Positions 38,950-48,166 of a stretch of 64,000 nt of DNA are shown piece after piece. Position numbers and translations under genes: made by a program. Within the stretch, counting starts at the first letter, position 1, and each line of letters begins with the position of its first letter. The stretch lies in contig OY761611.1 in NCBI GenBank assembly GCA_963664875.1, positions 1,696,001 through 1,760,000 on the forward strand, written 5' to 3'. This DNA is from Candidatus Kapaibacterium sp. Lineage in GTDB: Bacteria > Bacteroidota > Ignavibacteria > Kapaibacteriales > UBA2268. Under the pieces are notes generated by a model. That model did not search any database and had not been told where the DNA came from. It saw only the letters and a program-made list of their open reading frames with translations.

Positions 38950-40797
38950 ATGAATAGAAAGATTTTATTACTATCATCATTTGTGATACCTTTTTTAGTG
39001 TATATTCTCACAATTGTTCCGGGTATTACTTTTACTGATAGTGGTGAGCTTATGGGTGCTGCTTCTACCTTTGGGGTAGCTCATCCGACAGGTTACCCGC
39101 TTTTTACATTGCTTGCATATTTATGGCATTTTTTACCCTTGCCTATTGATGCCCCATTGCAATTTAACATCTTTGCGGCTTTATGCACTGCGGCTTCAGC
39201 TTCATTTTTCTTTCTAAGTGCAGAAAAGTTGCTTGATTATATATCTAAGAAAAAGGACTTGGATCTTTGTAATAATAGCATCAGTGCAGCTGCATTGTCT
39301 TTTTCGCTGCTTTATGCATTTACTGCTACAATCTGGCACGAAGCATTAGCTTTTGAAGTATATCCTTTGCAAAATCTGATGATAAATCTGATTATCTTTT
39401 TAGCAATGCGCGCTGTACTTAGCGATTACGACATCAGGAAATACATAGCTGTTACTTTTGTATTGGGATTAGCTTTTGCCAACCACATGACAAGCATATT
39501 ATTAGTACCCGCTCTTCTGTTTTTGTTTTTCAAAAGACCGGATAGTAAGGGCTTCAAATCTGTTGCTTCTACAAGAAGCTTGATTTTAATTTTTGCACCT
39601 TTGCTGTTTGGTGCTGCAATGTATTTAATTTTGCCGATAAGAAGCAGTATGTCCCCTGAGTTCGACTGGGGAGGTGTTTCCCGCAGCTTCGATAAATTTT
39701 GGTATCACGTTTCCGGAAAGCAATACCAAGTATGGATGTTTTCAGGTGCAGATGCTTTCAAGGAGAATTTGGGCGAATTTTTCTCTAAACTACTTCCACA
39801 ATATGCTTATATAGGATTTATTCCTGTTTTGCTCGGCTTGTGGTTTGGGAAAAAATATTCAGGTACTTTGCTTACTTTTCTCCTGCTACTTGCTACAACT
39901 TGTATATTTTATGCTTCTAATTATGATATTCATGATATTGATGCTTACTATAGCCTTGCATACACAGCTTTTGCTCTGATATCAGTGTTTTCAGTTCCTT
40001 ATTTCATTGCTGCTGCTAAAAGCAAAAAAGCTACCTATTTTATGCTGCTGTTACCCATGCTACTTTTAGTATTCAATTTTTCTGCAAATAACAGAAGTAA
40101 TGAAGTTTATGTACCGGAATATACTCAAAACCTGATTGACAATCTTGAACCTAATGCCATTATTATTTCTGCACAGTGGGATTACTGGTGCTCCGCTTTT
40201 TGGTATTTGCAAAAAGTACAGGGAGTAAGAAAAGATGTTGTATTAATAGAAAAAGAACTGCTCAGGCGAACTTGGTATTTAGATCAGTTGCAGAAATGGT
40301 ACCCTGAGGTAATGTCATTGCATAAAGATGACTTCGATTCTTTTCTTGAACAGCTGGAGTTATTCGAATCAGGAGAGAACTACGATCCGAGAGCAATTCA
40401 GTCACGTTTTGAAAAATTACTAACCGGATTTGTCTCTAAACATATCTCAAAGAGACCAATATACATCACTGCTGACATTTTGCAGACTGAGCCATATCTT
40501 GCTCAAGCTTACGAAAAAATCCCTCAGGGATTTGCCCTAAGATTAGAGGAGGAACACAAGACGTATCCTGTTAGTTGTGATAATATAAATATTAGCAAAT
40601 TAGCCTCTTCACTTTCTGATGATCCTGATCATTTAGAGCTTGGAATCAAACAAAGTGCAGTTTTGCAATTGGTTTATCTCGCAAGGTATGCCAATCTTCA
40701 AAACGACACTAAAACTGCAAAAGATGCATATAGCAAAGCTCTTCAGATAGTCCCGTCAGATAATGCTATAGCAGCAGAAGCGGAAAAAATAAAGTGA
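38950..40797 (+). CDS. DUF2723 / TMEM260-like GT-C glycosyltransferase with C-terminal TPR
   Basis: DSGEL...GVAHPTGYPLF, EVY, NH motifs; many TMs. Confidence 0.88.
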   Translation: MNRKILLLSSFVIPFLVYILTIVPGITFTDSGELMGAASTFGVAHPTGYPLFTLLAYLWHFLPLPIDAPLQFNIFAALCTAASASFFFLSAEKLLDYISKKKDLDLCNNSISAAALSFSLLYAFTATIWHEALAFEVYPLQNLMINLIIFLAMRAVLSDYDIRKYIAVTFVLGLAFANHMTSILLVPALLFLFFKRPDSKGFKSVASTRSLILIFAPLLFGAAMYLILPIRSSMSPEFDWGGVSRSFDKFWYHVSGKQYQVWMFSGADAFKENLGEFFSKLLPQYAYIGFIPVLLGLWFGKKYSGTLLTFLLLLATTCIFYASNYDIHDIDAYYSLAYTAFALISVFSVPYFIAAAKSKKATYFMLLLPMLLLVFNFSANNRSNEVYVPEYTQNLIDNLEPNAIIISAQWDYWCSAFWYLQKVQGVRKDVVLIEKELLRRTWYLDQLQKWYPEVMSLHKDDFDSFLEQLELFESGENYDPRAIQSRFEKLLTGFVSKHISKRPIYITADILQTEPYLAQAYEKIPQGFALRLEEEHKTYPVSCDNINISKLASSLSDDPDHLELGIKQSAVLQLVYLARYANLQNDTKTAKDAYSKALQIVPSDNAIAAEAEKIK

Positions 40798-40859
40798 TGT
40801 AACCGTTTTTATAGTTTATTCGTATAATTAAATATACATTATACGTACCGGAGTGAGTT

Positions 40860-41579
40860 ATGAAATACAAAATCTTGTTATTATTGATTCCATTAGCTTT
40901 GATTGTTAGTTCCTGCCTGCGCTCAGGATACAATTTTGTTAGTTACAGAGAGCCCGGAGTTTCTCCGAAATTATACAAAAAAGTATGTATTTTCGCAGAT
41001 TTTGATGACCCATTTGCAAAAAGGGAAACTGAATTGGAAGTAGGCAAGCATTTATTCGAATTAGGCATGAACACAGTTCCTGCTTTCCACATTATGCCCC
41101 CAACCCGCGAGCGTACTAATGAAGAAATACACCAAATACTCGTGGACAACGGCGTTGATGCTTTCATCAGAATCTCCATAGAAAATATACAGGAAAATAC
41201 AGCAATTGTTCCTGCCAGAACCACTTCCACGACTGTGGTTAGCGAAAAAGTTGTAAAAGACGATAAAAATGACAAAAAAAGAGATAGCAACAGCGATAAA
41301 AAAAGTCACTACAAAGGCAGCAGAGAAAAAATCACAACTGAACAAACTACTGTAACAAATTCTCCCGGATATGAATACAAGTATATGACCGGAGATTTGA
41401 AAGTTAGTTTGATCGACGTAGGAACTTCTCAACTGGCTTTTGTTCAAAACATTCATTCGGGCAGATATTCGCCACAATTTAAATTAGATTATCTAAGATA
41501 TGGCGAAGTACAGGAAAAGATTGCTTTAACAATAGAAGCAGGCTTAAGAAATGATGGCTTTCTGCCGCCTAAAAGATAA
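40860..41579 (+). CDS. Hypothetical lipoprotein
   Basis: Lipobox VSSC; SD GGAG; TGTAAC-N17-CGTA upstream (40798-40824). Confidence 0.75.
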   Translation: MKYKILLLLIPLALIVSSCLRSGYNFVSYREPGVSPKLYKKVCIFADFDDPFAKRETELEVGKHLFELGMNTVPAFHIMPPTRERTNEEIHQILVDNGVDAFIRISIENIQENTAIVPARTTSTTVVSEKVVKDDKNDKKRDSNSDKKSHYKGSREKITTEQTTVTNSPGYEYKYMTGDLKVSLIDVGTSQLAFVQNIHSGRYSPQFKLDYLRYGEVQEKIALTIEAGLRNDGFLPPKR

Positions 41580-41717
41580 TTGTTCTAAATCAATACTATT
41601 TTGACAATAAGTGGAAAACTTTTTTCTTTTATGATGATTTTTTTTTATGCTAAATGATTTGATTTTGTTATATTTACTTCGGAGTGTCTCTCCGAGTTGA
41701 TAAAAAAATGGAATTAG

Positions 41718-41750
41718 AGGACAATGGTGTAAAAGCTATTGTCCTTTTTT
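41718..41750 (+). terminator. Intrinsic terminator upstream of mnmG
   Basis: AGGACAATGGT-GTAAAA-GCTATTGTCCT-TTTTT. Confidence 0.75.
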
Positions 41751-41893
41751 ATTATCTGCTGCTAAATTTTCTGTATTTGCCTTTTCTAAAGCTTATATAA
41801 ATCAAAAACTTCCTTGCTTTTATTTAATTGATATTAGAATTGAATTTGATTACATTTGTAAACTTTATTGCATATTCCTACAGATATATATAG

Positions 41894-43756
41894 ATGAATA
41901 ATACTTTTGATATAATAGTTGTCGGAGGCGGACATGCCGGTATTGAGGCGTGTTTTGTAGCTTCCGGAATGGGCATGAAAACGGCACTGCTGACTATGGA
42001 TTTGAAAACCATGGGCAGGCCAAGTTGCAATCCGAATATAGGCGGCACTGCAAAAGGACATCTCGTTAAAGAAATCGATGCTCTTGGAGGAGCACAGGGA
42101 ATACTGGCAGACAGAGCCGGACTCCAGTTTAAAATGTTAAATATCTCCAAAGGTCCGGCGGTTTGGTCACCTCGAGCTCAGATAGATAAAGACCTCTACC
42201 CTCTTTATACCTACGATTTGCTACGTAAACGCAGCAATCTTACTCTAATCACGGGACAAGCAGCTGAGGTCATAATCAAAAATGACAGAGTTACGGGCTT
42301 GATAAGCAAAAATGGTGAAACATTTCACGCAAAAGCAGTTATACTCTGTGCCGGTACTTTCCTCAATGGTGTTATGTTTACCGGTAAAGAAAAATATGTC
42401 GGTGGAAGAAGAGGCGAACCTGCTGCAGATAAAATCTCTGATATGCTGCATTCTTACGGATTTGAAGTTGGGCGGCTAAAAACAGGGACTCCACCTCGAA
42501 TTTTGAATTCTTCTATTGACTACACTAAGGTTGAAAAAGAATATGGCGATGATTCACCACAGCCGTTTTCTATACACACACCACGTGTGAAAAACACAAT
42601 GATATGTTACTCTACTGCTACTCATTCGTTTACTCATGACATTTTACGTACGGGATTTGCTGACTCTCCGCTCTTCGGAGGAGATATTGAAGGCACAGGA
42701 CCACGCTACTGTCCATCTATAGAAGATAAAATAAACAGATTCGCAGGAAGAGACTCACACAAGATATTGTTAGAACCGGAAGGACTAAATACTAACTCGG
42801 TTTATGTAAATGGTTATTCGACTTCACTCCCTGCAGATGTTCAGCTGCAAGGACTAAGATCTATTCCGGGACTCGAAAGATGTGAAATGCTGTTGCCGGG
42901 TTATGCTATAGAATATGACTTCTTTTTCCCTTATCAACTAAAATTTACCTTAGAGACGAAAGCAGTTGCAGGGCTTTATTTTGCGGGACAGATTAACGGC
43001 ACTTCCGGCTACGAAGAAGCTGCCGCACAGGGACTCGTCGCAGGCATCAATGCAGCTCTGAAAATACAGGATAAACCGGAATTCAAACTTAAAAGATCAG
43101 AAGCTTATATCGGCGTTTTAATCGATGATTTAATAAATAAAAATACTGAGGAGCCTTATCGTCTTTTTACCTCTCTGGCGGAATATAGACTGCTACTCAG
43201 ACAAGATAATGCAAGAACAAGACTTTCAAAATATGGTCATTCTTTTGGCTTGGTCTCCGATTTACTACACGAAAAGCAAATGCGCTTTGACGAAAGAGTA
43301 GTAAGCGGATTTAACCGTACAAAAGAGGTCAAAATTAGACAAGAAGTTATCAATACTTATTTGGAAAAGCTCGAAGAAAGCACAGTTAATAAAACAGTTT
43401 CATTGTATGAAATGACCAAACGAAGTAAAGTGCAGCTCAACGATTTGCTGAACCTTGCAGATGACGATTCTGACATATTTGATTTGATGAAAAAGAAGGA
43501 AGAAATAACGAAAGCTATACAAATAGAAATCAAATATGAAGGCTATATACAGAGACAGAAAAAAGAAGTAGAGTATTTCCTTAAAAATGAGGATAAGCGA
43601 ATTCCTGATAGTTTTGACTATAACTCCGTGAACTCACTTTCAACTGAGGCTCGGGAAAAGTTGAATAAAATCAGACCTTACTCTCTCGGTCAGGCTTCAA
43701 GGATAGCAGGCGTTTCAGCAGCTGATGTATCAATCATTTCACTTTATCTGAAATAG
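41894..43756 (+). CDS. mnmG: tRNA uridine-5-carboxymethylaminomethyl(34) synthesis enzyme MnmG (GidA)
   Basis: [58 protein letters not shown]; promoter TTGATA-17-TACATTTG (41828-41858). Confidence 0.99.
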   Translation: MNNTFDIIVVGGGHAGIEACFVASGMGMKTALLTMDLKTMGRPSCNPNIGGTAKGHLVKEIDALGGAQGILADRAGLQFKMLNISKGPAVWSPRAQIDKDLYPLYTYDLLRKRSNLTLITGQAAEVIIKNDRVTGLISKNGETFHAKAVILCAGTFLNGVMFTGKEKYVGGRRGEPAADKISDMLHSYGFEVGRLKTGTPPRILNSSIDYTKVEKEYGDDSPQPFSIHTPRVKNTMICYSTATHSFTHDILRTGFADSPLFGGDIEGTGPRYCPSIEDKINRFAGRDSHKILLEPEGLNTNSVYVNGYSTSLPADVQLQGLRSIPGLERCEMLLPGYAIEYDFFFPYQLKFTLETKAVAGLYFAGQINGTSGYEEAAAQGLVAGINAALKIQDKPEFKLKRSEAYIGVLIDDLINKNTEEPYRLFTSLAEYRLLLRQDNARTRLSKYGHSFGLVSDLLHEKQMRFDERVVSGFNRTKEVKIRQEVINTYLEKLEESTVNKTVSLYEMTKRSKVQLNDLLNLADDDSDIFDLMKKKEEITKAIQIEIKYEGYIQRQKKEVEYFLKNEDKRIPDSFDYNSVNSLSTEAREKLNKIRPYSLGQASRIAGVSAADVSIISLYLK

Positions 43757-43926
43757 TGTGTGCATTATTTGCAACATATTGGCTCATATTATTACACACT
43801 AAGATTGAATAAGAAGCGAGACCGATATTTTTAGGATGTGGAAAAATAATATGCAATGCCGTAAAGCTATTGATAGTCTATCTTTATAGGAAATTATAAA
43901 AAAAGTGCCAATATGAAATTTCAAAT

Positions 43927-43942
43927 TGGCACGTACATTGTA
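43927..43942 (+). promoter_or_regulatory. Sigma-54 (-24/-12) promoter
   Basis: TGGCACG-TACA-TTGTA versus consensus TGGCACG-N4-TTGCW. Confidence 0.7.
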
Positions 43943-43952
43943 CTTAATCTCA

Positions 43953-44038
43953 TACTCGAAAAAAGCTCCATTTTTATATGCCTGTTTTAATGGAGCTAAC
44001 TACCCCCGGGGGTCGCATTAGCGGCTCCCGCTTTTTTT
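43953..44038 (+). ncRNA. Candidate sigma-54-dependent small RNA (~85 nt)
   Basis: 9-bp stem AGCTCCATT/AATGGAGCT (43964-43997), then a 10-bp GC terminator stem (44007-44030) and T7. No credible ORF. Confidence 0.55.
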
Positions 44039-44042
44039 ATCT

Positions 44043-44058
44043 AACATATAGCATGCCA
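44043..44058 (-). promoter_or_regulatory. Convergent sigma-54-like promoter (weaker -12)
   Basis: Minus strand TGGCATG-CTAT-ATGTT; IHF-consensus TATCAATATTTTA at 44086-44098. Confidence 0.4.
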
Positions 44059-44339
44059 AAAACCTAACAACTCTATCTTGTTTTATATCAATATTTTACA
44101 AAGCTGCCAATTAGTTTGATGACGTTTTTTTTGTTTATGGAAATTCAAACTTTACACTCCCTGTTGCTATGTAGTATTAAAAATGCTGCTTAGGCAATAG
44201 GTAAATATCAGCATCAAAATTCTATAAAATATAATAGGAGACACAAAATATTGCGGCTCCTACATAGTATTTAGGTATTTATAGCTTTGCTTCCAATGGA
44301 TTGGAATATATGAAATATTGGTTATACCGGTTTATTCTC

Positions 44340-45602
44340 TTAAGTCTTCTGCTTTTTCTTTTTAGCAGCAGGGAACAAAATATTATTTAATATTAGCCTA
44401 TATCCGGGGGAGTTTTTATATAGATTCAAATCCGTCGGAGGATCTCCGACAGCATGACGATAATCTTCGGGGTCATGTCCGCCATACCATGTAAAAAATC
44501 CCTTCCCGTAGTTACCATGAATATATTTGACTTCGTCAGTCCCTTCCCTTTCTGCCATGACAACTACCGAGTTCTTGATTTTGTCTTTGTGGAATGCTGT
44601 AGTTTGCCCCAAAAAGCCCTTTATGATATTTGCATGGCACTGTGTCAGCATTGTTGGAACCGGGTCGTATTTTGCAGAAAAATCAAACAAGGTAAAATAA
44701 TCTATCTCAGGATTAGCAATAGTTGAAGGACCAACATCAATATCTGAAAACTCGTATTCTGCAGGATTCATTATCAATCTGAAATTTTCAAATGCTAATG
44801 TTGCATCAAAATCTAATTTACTTTGCGCATTTTTGTCAGCAGGGTCACCGTCGAACATGTGCTCACATATATCTGTATGCTCAGCTGCAAGAGCGATATC
44901 ATAAGTATCTGTGCCACTGCACATTGCAAATAAGAAACCTCCTGCGTCTATAAATCGTTTTATTTCTTTGGCTACATCTAACTTCAACTTTGAAACTTTA
45001 TTGTAGCCGAGCGAGCTTGCCATACTTTCGTTTAAAGCCACCTGCTGCACATACCATGGTTGATTAGCCATATTAGCCCAGAATTTGCCGTACTGCCCTG
45101 TGAAATCCTCATGGTGTAAATGCAGCCAATCATATTCATTGAGCTTTCCTTCCATGACCTCTTTATCCCAAATAATATCGTGCTCTACCTGAGCATACTC
45201 CAAAGCAAGCCTTACCGCATCGTCCCATGGCTGAGCTCCCGGTGGTGCATAAACAGCAATTTTAGGAGCTTTTTCTAATCTTGCTACGTCAGTGTTACTG
45301 TCTTCTGCCTGTACCTCAGAGTAAATTGAAGCAGCAGAGGCAACAGAAATTTTCTCAAACATAACTCCGCGTATTCTGCATTCGGTTTCGATAGTAGCAC
45401 TGTAATCTGTCATAAAAGAGCCACCTCGATAGTTCAAAAGCCAATCCACCGGTTGATTGTTTTTAATTACCATAAAAGCAATGCCATAGGCTTTAAGATG
45501 ATTTGTCTGTGCCAAATCCATTGGGATCAGGATTTTTTGAGCAAAGCTTCCTATGCTCATAATCACAAGGAAAATAGGGATGAGATAGATTTTAAGTTTC
45601 AT
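44340..45602 (-). CDS. Conserved secreted protein with class I glutamine-amidotransferase-like fold (often mislabelled asparagine synthetase B in Bacteroidota)
   Basis: Signal peptide; NHLKAYG, WLLNYRGGSF, DWLHLHHEDFTGQYGKF, GGFLFAMCSG, GGHDPEDY. Confidence 0.8.
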   Translation of the reverse strand: MKLKIYLIPIFLVIMSIGSFAQKILIPMDLAQTNHLKAYGIAFMVIKNNQPVDWLLNYRGGSFMTDYSATIETECRIRGVMFEKISVASAASIYSEVQAEDSNTDVARLEKAPKIAVYAPPGAQPWDDAVRLALEYAQVEHDIIWDKEVMEGKLNEYDWLHLHHEDFTGQYGKFWANMANQPWYVQQVALNESMASSLGYNKVSKLKLDVAKEIKRFIDAGGFLFAMCSGTDTYDIALAAEHTDICEHMFDGDPADKNAQSKLDFDATLAFENFRLIMNPAEYEFSDIDVGPSTIANPEIDYFTLFDFSAKYDPVPTMLTQCHANIIKGFLGQTTAFHKDKIKNSVVVMAEREGTDEVKYIHGNYGKGFFTWYGGHDPEDYRHAVGDPPTDLNLYKNSPGYRLILNNILFPAAKKKKQKT

Positions 45603-45692
45603 TTGATTCGACTTTCTCGATTTGATTGTACTTTTTGTCTATAGAACTTATAACAAGGTAAATATTTTACTTTAATTTGTCAAGATAAATAG

Positions 45693-45726
45693 AAAATGGG
45701 GCTTCGATTTATTCGATAGCCCCACT
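45693..45726 (-). terminator. Catalase gene terminator
   Basis: AAAA-TGGGGCT...AGCCCCA stem. Confidence 0.7.
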
Positions 45727-45751
45727 AAAGTTTATTTCTAAAATAATTATT

Positions 45752-47212
45752 CTAATCAACTTTGCTCATGTCGATTCCTAATGCATTTGCTACGCCTTCG
45801 CCATAAGCTTTGTCAGCTTTTAGGCAGTTTTTAATGTGGCGTATTTTGATAAATTCAGGACTGTCGCCCATATTGCGTGCCGTGTTTTCAAAAAGTACCT
45901 GCTGCTGAGCTGCACTCATAATGCGGAACAAATCACCCGGCTGTGAGTAATAATCATCATTGTCTTCTCTGTGATCCCAATGATAAGCTGCTCCCTGCAA
46001 TTCCAAAGGTGGTTCTTTTTGTTCAGGGTTATCCTGCCACTCTTGGAAGCTGTTTGGTTCATAACCTAAAGTTGCTCCGTGATTGCCATCCACTCTCATC
46101 TGTCCGTCTCTGTGATAGCTATGGAACGGACAACGAGCTTTATTCACAGGGATTAGGTGATGATTAACACCTAAGCGATAACGCTGAGCATCGCCATAAG
46201 AAAACAATCTACCTTGAAGCATTTTATCCGGAGAGAAACCTATACCGGGAACAATATTAGTAGGATTGAAAGCTGCCTGCTCTACATCTGCAAAGTAGTT
46301 TTCAGGATTTTTATTTAGCTCAAGCACACCTACATCTAACAAAGGAAAATCTTTATGAGGCCAGATTTTTGTTAAATCAAAAGGATTCATCTTACAGTTT
46401 TTCGCTTGTTCTTCTGTCATTACCTGAATCTTCATATTCCATTTTGGGAAGTCCCCATTTTCGATACTGTCGAATAAGTCTCTCTGATGGCTTTCTCGGC
46501 ATTTCCCCACAACGGCTTCAGCTTCCTGGTCAGTCAGGTTTTTGATGCCTTGTTGAGTTTTCAGATGGAACTTAACCCATACTCTTTCGTTGTCTTTATT
46601 TATCATACTAAAAGTATGGCTACCGTAGCCGTTCATGTGTCTATAAGTAGCAGGAATACCTCTATCATTCATAGTAATAGTAATCTGGTGAAGAGCTTCA
46701 GGGAGATTAGACCAGAAATCCCAGTTATTTGTAGCGCTTCTTAGGTTAGTTTTAGGGTCGCGCTTAACTGCGTGATTCAAGTCAGGAAACTTTAAAGGGT
46801 CTTTTAGGAAGAAAACAGGTGTGTTATTACCAACCAAGTCCCAGTTGCCTTCTTCAGTATAAAACTTAATTGCAAAGCCGCGAATGTCTCTCTCTGCGTC
46901 AGCAGCACCTCTTTCGCCGGCTACAGTAGAGAATCTGACAAATAAATCTGTCTTTTTGCCTACTTCAGAGAAAATTTTAGCTTTAGTATATTTTGTAATA
47001 TCATGAGTAACTATAAAAGTACCAAATGCTCCTGAGCCCTTAGCGTGCATACGCCTTTCGGGGATAACTTCTCTGTCGAAATGTGCCAATTTTTCTAAAA
47101 ACCAAACATCTTGTAGCAGCATTGGCCCTCTTGGTCCTGCCGTCATGACATTTTGATTGTCGGCTACAGGAGCTCCGTTGTTCATAGTAAGTTTTTGTTT
47201 TGATTCTGACAT
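45752..47212 (-). CDS. katA: Monofunctional heme catalase (small subunit)
   Basis: [38 protein letters not shown] (heme-ligand Tyr). Confidence 0.97.
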   Translation of the reverse strand: MSESKQKLTMNNGAPVADNQNVMTAGPRGPMLLQDVWFLEKLAHFDREVIPERRMHAKGSGAFGTFIVTHDITKYTKAKIFSEVGKKTDLFVRFSTVAGERGAADAERDIRGFAIKFYTEEGNWDLVGNNTPVFFLKDPLKFPDLNHAVKRDPKTNLRSATNNWDFWSNLPEALHQITITMNDRGIPATYRHMNGYGSHTFSMINKDNERVWVKFHLKTQQGIKNLTDQEAEAVVGKCRESHQRDLFDSIENGDFPKWNMKIQVMTEEQAKNCKMNPFDLTKIWPHKDFPLLDVGVLELNKNPENYFADVEQAAFNPTNIVPGIGFSPDKMLQGRLFSYGDAQRYRLGVNHHLIPVNKARCPFHSYHRDGQMRVDGNHGATLGYEPNSFQEWQDNPEQKEPPLELQGAAYHWDHREDNDDYYSQPGDLFRIMSAAQQQVLFENTARNMGDSPEFIKIRHIKNCLKADKAYGEGVANALGIDMSKVD

Positions 47213-47275
47213 TTCATATTCTCCCTATTCTGAAAATAAAATTGCATCAAATTGAATTCCATATAATTTACTGGA

Positions 47276-47336
47276 CTATACAATACTGATTACATTGTAT
47301 AAATATTTGAGATACTTTTATAATCAGTAATTATAG
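47276..47336. promoter_or_regulatory. Inverted-repeat operator upstream of catalase (OxyR/PerR-like candidate)
   Basis: CTATACAATACTGATTA (47276-47292) and TAATCAGTAATTATAG (47321-47336) are near-perfect inverted repeats; contains ATAA-N7-TTAT. Confidence 0.45.
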
Positions 47337-47428
47337 ACTCTGATTTTAGAAATCATATAAATATTTGAACTTATCACCGTCTTAAGTTAAATTGCAGATT
47401 GGGTAAATGTTATATTGGTATTTTTTCT

Positions 47429-48163
47429 ATGATATATTTTGTTTCTGATGTGCATCTCGGACATACTGAAAGAAGCTCCGACAGAGAAAGAGAAAAGCTC
47501 TTTACAGACTTCCTTGACAAAATCAAAGATGACTGCGAAGTGCTGTATCTTGTAGGAGATATTTTTGACTACTGGTTTGAATATAAAACAGTAATTCCAA
47601 AGATATATGTTCGTAGCCTTGCTGCACTTGCTAATTTTGCAGATTCTGGAAAAAAAATAGAATATCTCATGGGCAATCATGATTTCGGGCATCTTCGTTT
47701 CTTTGAAGAGGAACTCGGAATTAAAATCATCAAAACCGATATTGAAAGAGAGCACAAGGGTAAAAGATTTTATATCTCCCATGGTGACGGAAAAGCCTAC
47801 AATGATCAGCTTTATCTCGTGCTTAGAAAGATCCTCAGAAACCGCCTTGCATTATGGCTATTCGGTAAGGTGCATCCGGATTTCGGCATAAAACTTGCAT
47901 TAGGTAGCTCTCGTAAAAGCCGCAAATATACTATACAAAAAGATTACGGCAAGTCAGACGGCATGAGAGATTTTGCTCGTGATAAAATCGAAAACGAGCA
48001 CTACGACTATGTAATAATGGGGCATCGCCACATTGCGGAGATAACACCTTTCGATGGTGGAAAATATGTTAATATCGGAGAGTGGTTAAAGAGCCCAACT
48101 TTTGGTAGATTTGACGGAAAAGAAATGTATATTGAAAAAGTTTATGACTTCTTGAGCAAATAA
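47429..48163 (+). CDS. lpxH: UDP-2,3-diacylglucosamine diphosphatase
   Basis: SDVHLG, VGDIFD.W, GNHD, SHGD, MGHRH metallophosphoesterase motifs. Confidence 0.9.
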   Translation: MIYFVSDVHLGHTERSSDREREKLFTDFLDKIKDDCEVLYLVGDIFDYWFEYKTVIPKIYVRSLAALANFADSGKKIEYLMGNHDFGHLRFFEEELGIKIIKTDIEREHKGKRFYISHGDGKAYNDQLYLVLRKILRNRLALWLFGKVHPDFGIKLALGSSRKSRKYTIQKDYGKSDGMRDFARDKIENEHYDYVIMGHRHIAEITPFDGGKYVNIGEWLKSPTFGRFDGKEMYIEKVYDFLSK

Positions 48164-48166
48164 ATT

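Noticed and set aside
44001-44014. TACCCCCGGGGGTC as a CsoR/RcnR-type operator
   Set aside because: No metal or sulfur gene is adjacent, and the G run is better explained as the terminator stem. Not fully excluded.
43978-44067. 29-codon ORF inside the candidate sRNA
   Set aside because: No SD, and it reads through the terminator U-tract.
44236-44263. AGGAGACACAA-AATA-TTGCGGCTCCTAC imperfect palindrome
   Set aside because: Single degenerate copy; may be the terminator of the convergent gene or an old REP. Too weak to call.
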